Source: an uncultured Candidatus Bathyarchaeia archaeon
GTDB lineage: Archaea; Thermoproteota; Bathyarchaeia; Bathyarchaeales; Bathycorpusculaceae
Assembly (NCBI GenBank): GCA_964450845.1
Contig: CAYVGZ010000052.1
Location: forward strand, 1 to 10,440
Length of the DNA: 10,440 bases
Direction of reading: 5' to 3'
Shown piece by piece: positions 1 to 6,559 of the stretch (position 1 is its first letter; the number at the start of each line of letters is the position of its first letter). The notes below the pieces were generated by a model. The model saw only the letters and a program-made list of their open reading frames with translations. It was not told where the DNA came from and did no database searches. A program made the translations under genes and the position numbers.

Positions 1-1
1 A

Positions 2-75
2 TGGGCCCGCCCGGACTTGAACCGGGGACCAACAGGTTATGAGCCTGTCGCTCTACCTAGCTGAGCTACGGGCCC
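2..75 (-). tRNA. tRNA with CAU anticodon, most likely tRNA-Ile2(CAU) rather than Met; intronless, CCA not encoded
   Basis: The reverse complement folds as a 74-nt cloverleaf: acceptor GGGCCCG/CGGGCCC plus discriminator A, D-stem GCTC/GAGC, anticodon stem ACAGG/CCTGT with loop CTCATAA (anticodon at 41-39), T-arm CCCGG-TTCAAGT-CCGGG. It has no A1-U72 pair and no GGG/CCC anticodon stem, so it is not the initiator. A GGGCCC acceptor stem is typical of archaeal Ile tRNAs. tRNA call is near-certain; Ile2 identity about 0.7. Confidence 0.95.
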
Positions 76-113
76 GCTTTATCCATATTTCATTTAATAT
101 GCTGTTTTCAAGT

Positions 114-130
114 TAATTTAAACGTTTTCT
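114..130 (-). promoter_or_regulatory. Putative BRE/TATA promoter for the tRNA
   Basis: The minus strand reads AGAAAACG-TTTAAATTA, about 40 nt upstream of the mature tRNA 5' end, allowing a short leader. Confidence 0.5.
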
Positions 131-145
131 GCATTTAAGCGTCAT

Positions 146-190
146 GAAAGATTTTAAAAGTCTATCTTATACCAAAGTTAGGTTGGAGAG
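146..190 (+). promoter_or_regulatory. Putative BRE/TATA and ribosome-binding site for ORF 197..556
   Basis: GAAAGA-TTTTAAAA at 146-159, then GGAGAG at 185-190, 6 nt before TTG at 197. Spacing fits an archaeal leadered transcript. Confidence 0.5.
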
Positions 191-196
191 AAAGCT

Positions 197-556
197 TTGT
201 CGGAAACTAAAAAAGCTATAGTAGTTTTTAATTATGCAGAAAAGATAAAGTCGGATCTAATCTTGACCTTCGGCCTTTTGGATGTTTTAGATGGGATGCG
301 AGACGAGGAAGCCTCTGGCGCAGAGAAGCTTTTGGTTGCGTACTTTAACGCTTTGATTCGAGAAGTCAACATTGCAGCGAATGCTTCTAATGTTCAAGGT
401 TTTAAAAATGTCAGCGCAAAGCTTGACGAAGCCGTTGAGCAAATTAAAAAGCACAATTACGTCAACGTGATGAAACTTGTTTCAGAAGCAATATCCATCA
501 CAACCACCAATGGGAATAAAGCGGCTGAAACCTTGAAGGAGAAGGGTCTAATCTAG
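197..556 (+). CDS. Hypothetical protein, 119 aa, predicted all-alpha amphipathic helical bundle
   Basis: ORF with TTG start, SD and TATA upstream. It fills the space between the tRNA and ogg1, and its stop overlaps the ogg1 stop. No catalytic motif recognised. Confidence 0.75.
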   Translation: MSETKKAIVVFNYAEKIKSDLILTFGLLDVLDGMRDEEASGAEKLLVAYFNALIREVNIAANASNVQGFKNVSAKLDEAVEQIKKHNYVNVMKLVSEAISITTTNGNKAAETLKEKGLI

Positions 557-1425
557 CGTTTGGTTCGTTCGTAATGATACAAGTATTCTTGGGCGTAACC
601 AGCATAATCCCCGAAATATTTTCGCCCAAACAAATTCAACTTCTCGTATTGTGAGCTTGTAAGCGATTTTTTACCTGAAATTTTTATTGTAAACTCGTTC
701 GGAAAATAGCTTCCATAATACTTCAGAATAACGCGTTTTATCCATACATCCACTGGAAAAGCCTCAAGTTTTCCTAAAGAGAAAAGCAAAACACAATCAG
801 CAACCTTCAAACCCACCCCGGGAAAATTCAACAATTCTTCTCTCGCCTTCTCGTAAGACAACTTCCGTAAACTTTCAAGTTCAAAATCGTTTTCGTAAAC
901 CATTTTTGCAGTTTCAGACACATATTTTGCTCTGTAACCTAGGCCGCATTTGGCTAATTCTTCAGCAGTTGCTTTTGCGAGCGTCTGTGGTGTCGGAAAT
1001 GTGTAAAAATCGTATCCGTCAAAGCGTATTCTGTCTCCAAATTTCTTGGAAAGATTAGATAGCATTTGTTTTATTGCCTGAATGTTCTTGTACGTGGCGC
1101 AAATGTATGAGATTAGGCATTCCCAAGGGTCTTGACGAAGAATTCTCAAGCCTTTAAAGGCTTCAACAGCTTGCATTAAATGCGTATCTTTCCTAATTTG
1201 CGAAAAAATATTTAGCAAATCGTCGTCTAAGCCAAAATAATTTTTAACAAATCTTGCGTTTATGTTTTCAAATTCCAACCTGTTGCCAGTTTGGCGTATT
1301 TTAAAAACACGTTCTCCAACAATTCCACGCCACCACTCGTCTCGCTTGTTCCATCTAAAAGCTTGTCCACAACAGAGGGTGAAACCCAAATCAAATGGAA
1401 CTAAAGCATTCAATTGAATCTTCAT
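553..1425 (-). CDS. ogg1: 8-oxoguanine DNA glycosylase/AP lyase, OGG1 family (OGG_N plus HhH-GPD)
   Basis: N-terminal FDLGFTLCCGQAFRW, then LRILRQDPWECLISYICATYKNIQAIKQM, FPTPQTL and GLGYRAKY. HhH LLNFPGVGLKVADCVLLF carries the catalytic Lys and AFPVDVW the catalytic Asp. C-terminal AGYAQEYLY. Confidence 0.92.
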   Translation of the reverse strand: MKIQLNALVPFDLGFTLCCGQAFRWNKRDEWWRGIVGERVFKIRQTGNRLEFENINARFVKNYFGLDDDLLNIFSQIRKDTHLMQAVEAFKGLRILRQDPWECLISYICATYKNIQAIKQMLSNLSKKFGDRIRFDGYDFYTFPTPQTLAKATAEELAKCGLGYRAKYVSETAKMVYENDFELESLRKLSYEKAREELLNFPGVGLKVADCVLLFSLGKLEAFPVDVWIKRVILKYYGSYFPNEFTIKISGKKSLTSSQYEKLNLFGRKYFGDYAGYAQEYLYHYERTKR

Positions 1426-1435
1426 GGAGTTAGCC

Positions 1436-1609
1436 CTATTGATGCTTGAACAAAGCCGCTGTTTTAAGAATTTCCAAGTCTACATTCGATTCGTATTTTG
1501 CTAAGTGTAAACAAAGGTTGTAAACCCTTTCAATATGTTCTATATCATGATGCGAGCTAGAAAGCTCCTTTTCCACAATTTCCCTTATTTTCTGGAGTCT
1601 ATCGTCCAT
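1436..1609 (-). pseudogene. Truncated HD-domain phosphohydrolase (N-terminal fragment only)
   Basis: MDDRLQKIREIVEKELSSSHHDIEHIERVYNLCLHLAKYESNVDLEILKTAALF matches the HD-family N-terminus (H-x3-H-x2-RV ... xDxExLxxAALLHD). It stops (FKHQ*) where HD should follow. Likely ATG at 1609; the ORF track uses TTG 1624. Confidence 0.8.
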
Positions 1610-1643
1610 GATAATCGAATTCAAACAAAAGTGTCTAAGTATT

Positions 1644-3854
1644 TTAAGCTTCGTCTATGAATTTTTCTGGCTTAGGGACTTCTGGTGGTAAGCCTCTTCT
1701 TCTGCGAATCTGTTCAATCACTTCAGCGGCAACGTTTTCAGGGATTTTCTCCCAAAGGGCGAAGGTGCACTGCCAGAAGGCATGACCTGAAGTTGCAGAA
1801 CGCATCTCTGCCGACAAGCCAAAAGTTTCTGTTACTGGAATGTGCCCGGCAATCACTGTTAATGCACCTCTGTGTTCAGTGGTCAATATTTTCCCGCGTC
1901 TGCGAGTTAAGATGTTTGAACATGCTCCGAACCATTGGTTTGAAACAGACACATTAATCTTGTAGATAGGTTCGAGTAGCACTGGTTTAGCTGTTAAGGC
2001 TGAGCCTAGAATTGCACGGCTTATGGCTCGCATGACCTGTTGTGGCTCCCTTTTTTTCGGATCATCGTGAATTTGAGCGTCCAACAGCTCGACTTTCACC
2101 CCTCTCAGAAGTTCTTCGCACAGAGGACCTGTCCTGCATGTCCAATGAAATCCTGAAATTATGTTGTCTTTCACTTCATGGAGATTTTGAATATTCTTCG
2201 TTAAATCGACAAGCATGTTTCTGTGCTCATCCAAGGCCCAAACATTTTTTGCTTCTTCCGTTGGAAATTTTGCCTTTTCCTGCAGCTTGTTCTCAATTTG
2301 CTTCTGTTCCATGTTCTCGGCAAGCTCACCATTTTCCATCAATTCTATAACTTTGTTTTCCAGCGGCTTAACTTGCACCCAGAACCTGTTATGCTTGTTT
2401 GGGCTTTTCGTCATGACAACTTTGCCTTGTTCCAAAACGCTTTCTCTGTAGGCCACAATGGGACTGGATGCGGCAAGTTGTATTCCACCACTATACTGTG
2501 TCAAAAACTTCATTGCAATCTCCAGGTGAAGTTCACCCATTCCGCTCAGCAAGTATTCTCCTGTTTCCTTGTCTATGGTAGTGACTAGGTTTGGGTCTTC
2601 CACCGATAGCCTATTCATAGCTTGCACTAGACGTGGCAAATCTTTAGGGTTCTTTGGGTCGACTGCTATCTTTATGACAGGCTCTGAAAGGTATTTTATG
2701 CGTTCAAAGGGAACAATAACATCTCTGTGCTTAATGTCAACGAGGGTTTCTCCTGCCCTTGCCATGTCGAGACCTGCCAAAGCGGCTATGTTGCCCGCGG
2801 TGATTCTGTTGACAGCCTCTCTGAAAGCGCCCATATACATGGAAACTTGCTTCACAGTGTACTCTTTCTCTACGCCAACTAGGTAGACTTTGTCTCCATC
2901 TTTTATTGAACCTGAAAAGAGTCTTCCAGTTGCGACGAGACCTGCCGTCGGGTCTGTTTGAACATTGGTTATGCACATGACTGTTGGTCCATCATCATCG
3001 CAGTTCAGCATTGCTTGGCCTATTTCCGATTCTATTTTTCCCTTCCAAATTTTTGGCAGCCGATACTTTTGGGCTTTGATTGGGTTTGGCGTGTTTTTTA
3101 CTGCCATGTCAAGTATTGCGCTGTGAAGAGGAAGCAACTGAGGAAGCGTTTGATGTTTGCCCCTAGCATAAGCATCTATAATATCGGTGAATTTTGTTCC
3201 CTTTTGTTGAGCTGTTCTTAGTGTGAAACCCCACCTATGAAGAGCTGAACCAAAAGCAACCGTTTCTTTCGCTGGGTCAACCTCCCATTTATCCTTGAAC
3301 TCAGGCTCTCCATAAATTTCAATCAGATTGTTGAAGTCACGGATTATGCGAATAAACTTATTCTGAATCTTGTCTGAAGTAAGCCTCAACTCCGTAATTA
3401 AACGGTCCACCTTGTTTACGAAAAGGACAGGTTTCACTCTTTCATCTAGGGCTTGGCGGGTAACAGTTTCCGTTTGAACCATGACCTCTTCTATTGCGTC
3501 AACAACTACCACGGCGCCGTCTATGGCACGTAAAGCCCTCGTCACTTTGCCTGCGAAGTCCACGTGACCCGGCGTGTCGATTAAGTTTATTACATAAGGA
3601 TGTCCGCTCACTTTGTGCAACAGCGATATGTTTGCTGTTTTTATGGTGATTCCGCGTTTTTGTTCTTCTTCCAAATAGTCAAGCGCTCTGGCTTGTCCTG
3701 CTATTTGTGGCGATAGTAATCCTGCTTCAGCAAGTAGCGAATCTGTCATTGTTGTTTTTCCATGGTCTATGTGGGCTATTATGCCTATGTTGCGTATGTT
3801 TTCTTTCTTGTCCATAAGCTTGAGAATTTCGGGTGTTTGCCTAAATTTTGGCAT
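1644..3854 (-). CDS. Archaeal elongation factor 2 paralog (aEF-2p-like), diphthamide His absent
   Basis: G1 AHIDHGKT, switch I RGITI, G3 DTPG, G4 NKVD and GSALHRWGF are intact, as are SGMGELHLE, SPNKHNRF and LLEPIY...RRRG. The domain IV tip reads HDDPKKREPQQVMRA versus canonical HEDAIHRGPAQIIPA. SD AGGAG at 3866-3862. Confidence 0.93.
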   Translation of the reverse strand: MPKFRQTPEILKLMDKKENIRNIGIIAHIDHGKTTMTDSLLAEAGLLSPQIAGQARALDYLEEEQKRGITIKTANISLLHKVSGHPYVINLIDTPGHVDFAGKVTRALRAIDGAVVVVDAIEEVMVQTETVTRQALDERVKPVLFVNKVDRLITELRLTSDKIQNKFIRIIRDFNNLIEIYGEPEFKDKWEVDPAKETVAFGSALHRWGFTLRTAQQKGTKFTDIIDAYARGKHQTLPQLLPLHSAILDMAVKNTPNPIKAQKYRLPKIWKGKIESEIGQAMLNCDDDGPTVMCITNVQTDPTAGLVATGRLFSGSIKDGDKVYLVGVEKEYTVKQVSMYMGAFREAVNRITAGNIAALAGLDMARAGETLVDIKHRDVIVPFERIKYLSEPVIKIAVDPKNPKDLPRLVQAMNRLSVEDPNLVTTIDKETGEYLLSGMGELHLEIAMKFLTQYSGGIQLAASSPIVAYRESVLEQGKVVMTKSPNKHNRFWVQVKPLENKVIELMENGELAENMEQKQIENKLQEKAKFPTEEAKNVWALDEHRNMLVDLTKNIQNLHEVKDNIISGFHWTCRTGPLCEELLRGVKVELLDAQIHDDPKKREPQQVMRAISRAILGSALTAKPVLLEPIYKINVSVSNQWFGACSNILTRRRGKILTTEHRGALTVIAGHIPVTETFGLSAEMRSATSGHAFWQCTFALWEKIPENVAAEVIEQIRRRRGLPPEVPKPEKFIDEA

Positions 3855-3959
3855 TTTTATGCTCCTTTTTGAAACAGAATTTATGTTTCCTATTAACTTT
3901 ACGATGTTGTTATTTTTATTTCTGTAAATACCTGAGTATAATAGTTGGAGGAATAAACG
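3855..3959. promoter_or_regulatory. Divergent promoter region shared by the EF-2 paralog and the kinase
   Basis: 105-nt AT-rich spacer. Minus strand: AAAG-TTAATA (3900-3891) and SD AGGAG (3866-3862). Plus strand: TTTTTATTT tract near 3913-3921 and SD GGAGG (3947-3951) before TTG 3960. Confidence 0.5.
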
Positions 3960-4718
3960 TTGAAGACTACGCTAGTGATAACCATTGAAAAATTAAGTGA
4001 AGAACCATATGCATCCATATTGTGCTATCCCAAACCAACTAGGGCAGAATTAAAGAAACGCTTAAGGGAACTGCGAAGGCTACGTGTTGAAACCTTAGAA
4101 TTCAGCGGAGAAAAGCAAGCGTTCAACATACCCGTTTTGGGTAAAGGATGTGTGGGCATAGTCACAATAGCGTACAGAAATGGAGAAAAAGTGGCTTTGA
4201 AAATTCGAAGGGTGGACGCTGGGCGTTCTGGAATGCGGCAGGAAGCGGAGATGCTTAAAAAAGCAAATTCAGTGGGTGTTGGACCGAGACTTTTGTGCGT
4301 AAGCAAAGATTTTCTTTTGATGCAGTTTGTCGATGGTGATTTGTTTCCAAAATGGGTTGAAAAGCGGAGAGGAAAAAAGCAGATAAGAAAAGTTTTGCGT
4401 GAGGTTTTGGAGCAGTGCTGGCGGCTGGACAAGGCTGGTTTAGATCATGGAGAACTGAGCTATGCTCCAAAACACATAATTATCGATAAGAGCGATGTGC
4501 CTTTCATAGTTGATTTTGAAACAGCTAGCTTAAATCGAAAACCGTCAAATGTTACTTCAATTTGCCAGTTTCTGTTCATCAGCGGTTTAGTCGCTAAACA
4601 AATGGCTGAAAAACTTGGCGGAAAAGACGAGAAGGCAATTATCGAGGCGTTGAGACGTTACAAAAGTGATAGAACGCGTGAAAATTTTGAAACTGTTTTG
4701 GAAGCTTGCAGTCTTTAA
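3960..4718 (+). CDS. Atypical RIO-like Ser/Thr protein kinase (archaeal COG2112-type)
   Basis: Gly-loop LGKGCVGIV, VALKIRR (beta3 Lys), EAEMLKKAN (alphaC Glu), VGPRLL, hinge LLMQFVDG, catalytic loop DHGELSYAPKHIII and IVDFE. GGAGG SD upstream. Confidence 0.88.
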   Translation: MKTTLVITIEKLSEEPYASILCYPKPTRAELKKRLRELRRLRVETLEFSGEKQAFNIPVLGKGCVGIVTIAYRNGEKVALKIRRVDAGRSGMRQEAEMLKKANSVGVGPRLLCVSKDFLLMQFVDGDLFPKWVEKRRGKKQIRKVLREVLEQCWRLDKAGLDHGELSYAPKHIIIDKSDVPFIVDFETASLNRKPSNVTSICQFLFISGLVAKQMAEKLGGKDEKAIIEALRRYKSDRTRENFETVLEACSL

Positions 4719-4930
4719 ACAATGTAGCTTAGTGCTGCGTTTGTATTTCGTTTGTTTTCATCTGTTTTTTCGATTCCTAGCTCCTTAACAAGTTGGGAAA
4801 GGTCAAGCCATGTTTCGATTTGAAGTTGTTTTGCAACTCTTCTCTTTTCATAGAGCAATGGAACGTGGTCGACAAATATCCAGCCTAGAACCTCAGCCAA
4901 CTCCTTTCTCCCCATGATAAACGCTCTCAT
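4715..4930 (-). CDS. Small hypothetical protein (71 aa, or 66 aa from the second Met)
   Basis: ATG-initiated ORF filling the gap between the kinase and the purP-like gene. Its TAA overlaps the kinase TAA (TTAA, 4715-4718). No recognised motif. Confidence 0.55.
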   Translation of the reverse strand: MRAFIMGRKELAEVLGWIFVDHVPLLYEKRRVAKQLQIETWLDLSQLVKELGIEKTDENKRNTNAALSYIV

Positions 4931-5026
4931 TTTTCTTTATAACCACGTATGTAAAAATGCGATAGAATAAACTTCTAGAAGATTCTTCTGATACACTCGC
5001 CTAACAATGTTTTAACGGTTAAATGT

Positions 5027-5076
5027 AAAAAAGGTTTAAAACAATCGAGTGATTAGATTCGTACCTATAATGGTGA
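5027..5076 (+). promoter_or_regulatory. BRE/TATA and SD of the purP-like gene
   Basis: AAAAAAGG-TTTAAA with TATA at 5035-5040, and GGTGA at 5072-5076, 5 nt before ATG 5082. Confidence 0.6.
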
Positions 5077-5081
5077 TCTGT

Positions 5082-6515
5082 ATGGTTATAAGAAGAGAAG
5101 AGATACAGGAAATAGTTAAAAGGTACAAGGAACCTGTCGGATTAAATTTGGGTTCGCATTCGGCTTTGGATGCTTGGCAGGGGCAACGCAACTACGGCGT
5201 AAGAAGCATAATCTACACGACGCCTGGTCGAGCGAGGATTTATCTTCAGAATCCCATGGTTGGCAAGCCAGATGAAACTGTTGAGGATTTGCCTGGTTTG
5301 GTGAGGCGGGATTTGCGTGTCGTAAACGACCCTAAGGATATAAAAAAGAGCGGTGATTGGCGTAGCGTTATAATGATTTTGGATAAGTATTCTGATATTG
5401 TGAAGTATGCGGATGAGCTTGTTGATTTGGAGTGTTTGCAGATTACGAATAGGGCTTTTGCTGTTTATGTTGGCGGTGACGAGTATTGCAGTGTGATTGA
5501 GAATGACTATGCGGTTCCGATTTTGGGTTCGAGGACTTTGCTGAAGATTGAGAATAGGGGTGAGCTTGAGAAGGATTATTACTGGTTTGCGGAGAAAGCT
5601 GGCATTCCAACGCCTAAAGCTTACAAGTACGAGGTTCACGAAGACGGAATACAGTTCAAAGAGCCTATAGAAGAGCCTATGATTTTGAAGGCTGAGCATG
5701 CGCATAGGGCTTTTGAGAGAGAGTTTATTTTTGCTGCTGATTCGCAGGATTTGGAGGAGAAGGTTGCGCGTGAGGTTAAGGCTGGAAATTTGAGTAAGGA
5801 GGCGTTGGAAAATGGGCGTGTGGAACAGATTGTGCTTGGTCCGCATGCGAATTTTAACTTTTTCTTTTCACCTTTGGATGCAAAGAGCGATTGGGGCGAT
5901 GTTGAGAAGTGGTTTGTGAAACTTTACAACGTGAACCTAGAAGAGGCGCGGATTTGCCTTGCTAATCAGTTTTTGTCCATTGACGAAAGACGCGAAACCA
6001 TTCTTGACGGTTTGAAGCGTTTGCCGACTGATGTGCAGAATAAAATTAAGAAGGTTCCGTCATTCGAGGTTACAGCTCATGGCATTTTAAGCCTTAGAGA
6101 ATCATTGCTTAAAGATTTGCATCGGTATGCTGATCGGTTTTTGCTTGCGTGTAGAGAGTACGCTTTTCCTGGGATTATTGGTGCTTGGTGTTTGCAGACG
6201 CTGATCACTTGGGATCGTGTTAGCAAGTATGAGCTTAAGCCCGCTGTGAAGCTTGATTTTACGGGCGGTGCGGAAGCGAAGAATGCTGTTGATTATGGTT
6301 TGTATGATGTACCTGATAAGCGTGACCCGTATATGCATATTCCAGTAACGCAGGACGTAGCCTTGAGGCATGGTGGTGGGACGAATGTGCATATGGGTTT
6401 GGGTGCCCAGTATGCGAATGCGAAGTACATGAAGCGACTGAGCACAGGAGACCGCATAGCCATGGAAATCAAGAGGGCATTGAAAGCTGATCAGTTGCAT
6501 GAATTGGTAACTTAG
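5082..6515 (+). CDS. PurP-family ATP-grasp enzyme (FAICAR synthetase-like; DUF1246/DUF1297), enlarged divergent form, 477 aa
   Basis: LGSHSALD, NRAFAVY, PILGSRTLLKIE, ATP-grasp MILKA, EQIVLGPHANFNFFFSP, LRESLL, PGIIGAWCLQT, DVALRHGGGTNVHM and the C-terminal STGDRIAMEIKRA...LVT. Start moved from GTG 5049 to ATG 5082 on SD/TATA spacing. purC and purE are nearby. Family is confident; exact reaction is not. Confidence 0.88.
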   Translation: MVIRREEIQEIVKRYKEPVGLNLGSHSALDAWQGQRNYGVRSIIYTTPGRARIYLQNPMVGKPDETVEDLPGLVRRDLRVVNDPKDIKKSGDWRSVIMILDKYSDIVKYADELVDLECLQITNRAFAVYVGGDEYCSVIENDYAVPILGSRTLLKIENRGELEKDYYWFAEKAGIPTPKAYKYEVHEDGIQFKEPIEEPMILKAEHAHRAFEREFIFAADSQDLEEKVAREVKAGNLSKEALENGRVEQIVLGPHANFNFFFSPLDAKSDWGDVEKWFVKLYNVNLEEARICLANQFLSIDERRETILDGLKRLPTDVQNKIKKVPSFEVTAHGILSLRESLLKDLHRYADRFLLACREYAFPGIIGAWCLQTLITWDRVSKYELKPAVKLDFTGGAEAKNAVDYGLYDVPDKRDPYMHIPVTQDVALRHGGGTNVHMGLGAQYANAKYMKRLSTGDRIAMEIKRALKADQLHELVT

Positions 6516-6536
6516 TTCTTGCCTACGTCCTTCCTG

Positions 6537-6546
6537 TTTTTTATTT
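6537..6546 (+). terminator. Possible oligo(T) archaeal terminator after the purP-like gene
   Basis: TTTTTTATTT about 20 nt after the stop, in the 44-nt convergent gap with dppA. Confidence 0.35.
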
Positions 6547-6559
6547 GACAAGTTATTTC

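Noticed and set aside
1-196. tRNA as an integration site for a mobile element
   Set aside because: The tRNA 3' flank is outside the window, and there is no integrase, direct repeat or phage-like gene inside it.
1433-1438. Pyrrolysine or other readthrough of the HD fragment's TAG
   Set aside because: A TAA follows one codon later, so readthrough cannot restore the domain.
1685-3221. Plus-strand ORFs at 1685, 2042, 2215, 2223, 2569 and 2958, and minus-strand 2737..2976
   Set aside because: All lie within the EF-2 paralog, antisense or out of frame, with no motifs. Shadow ORFs.
1644-3854. Calling this gene canonical fusA/EF-2
   Set aside because: The diphthamide His and the HRG motif are missing, so no gene symbol is assigned.
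4025-4470. Minus-strand ORFs 4025..4432 and 4255..4470
   Set aside because: Antisense to the well-supported kinase, with no protein-like features.
4780-4885. Faint resemblance of IFVDH...AKQLQIET...QLVKELG to the C-terminus of HAD hydrolases
   Set aside because: The DD motif is not conserved and no upstream HAD remainder is visible. Too weak to call a pseudogene.
5661-5680. Short direct repeat GAGCCTAT x2
   Set aside because: It encodes EPIEEPM within the purP-like CDS, with only two copies. Not a CRISPR or structural repeat.
5142-6551. Minus-strand ORFs 5142..5846 (234 aa) and 6102..6551
   Set aside because: Antisense to the purP-like gene. Their length is explained by the G/T-biased codon usage, which removes stops on the opposite strand.
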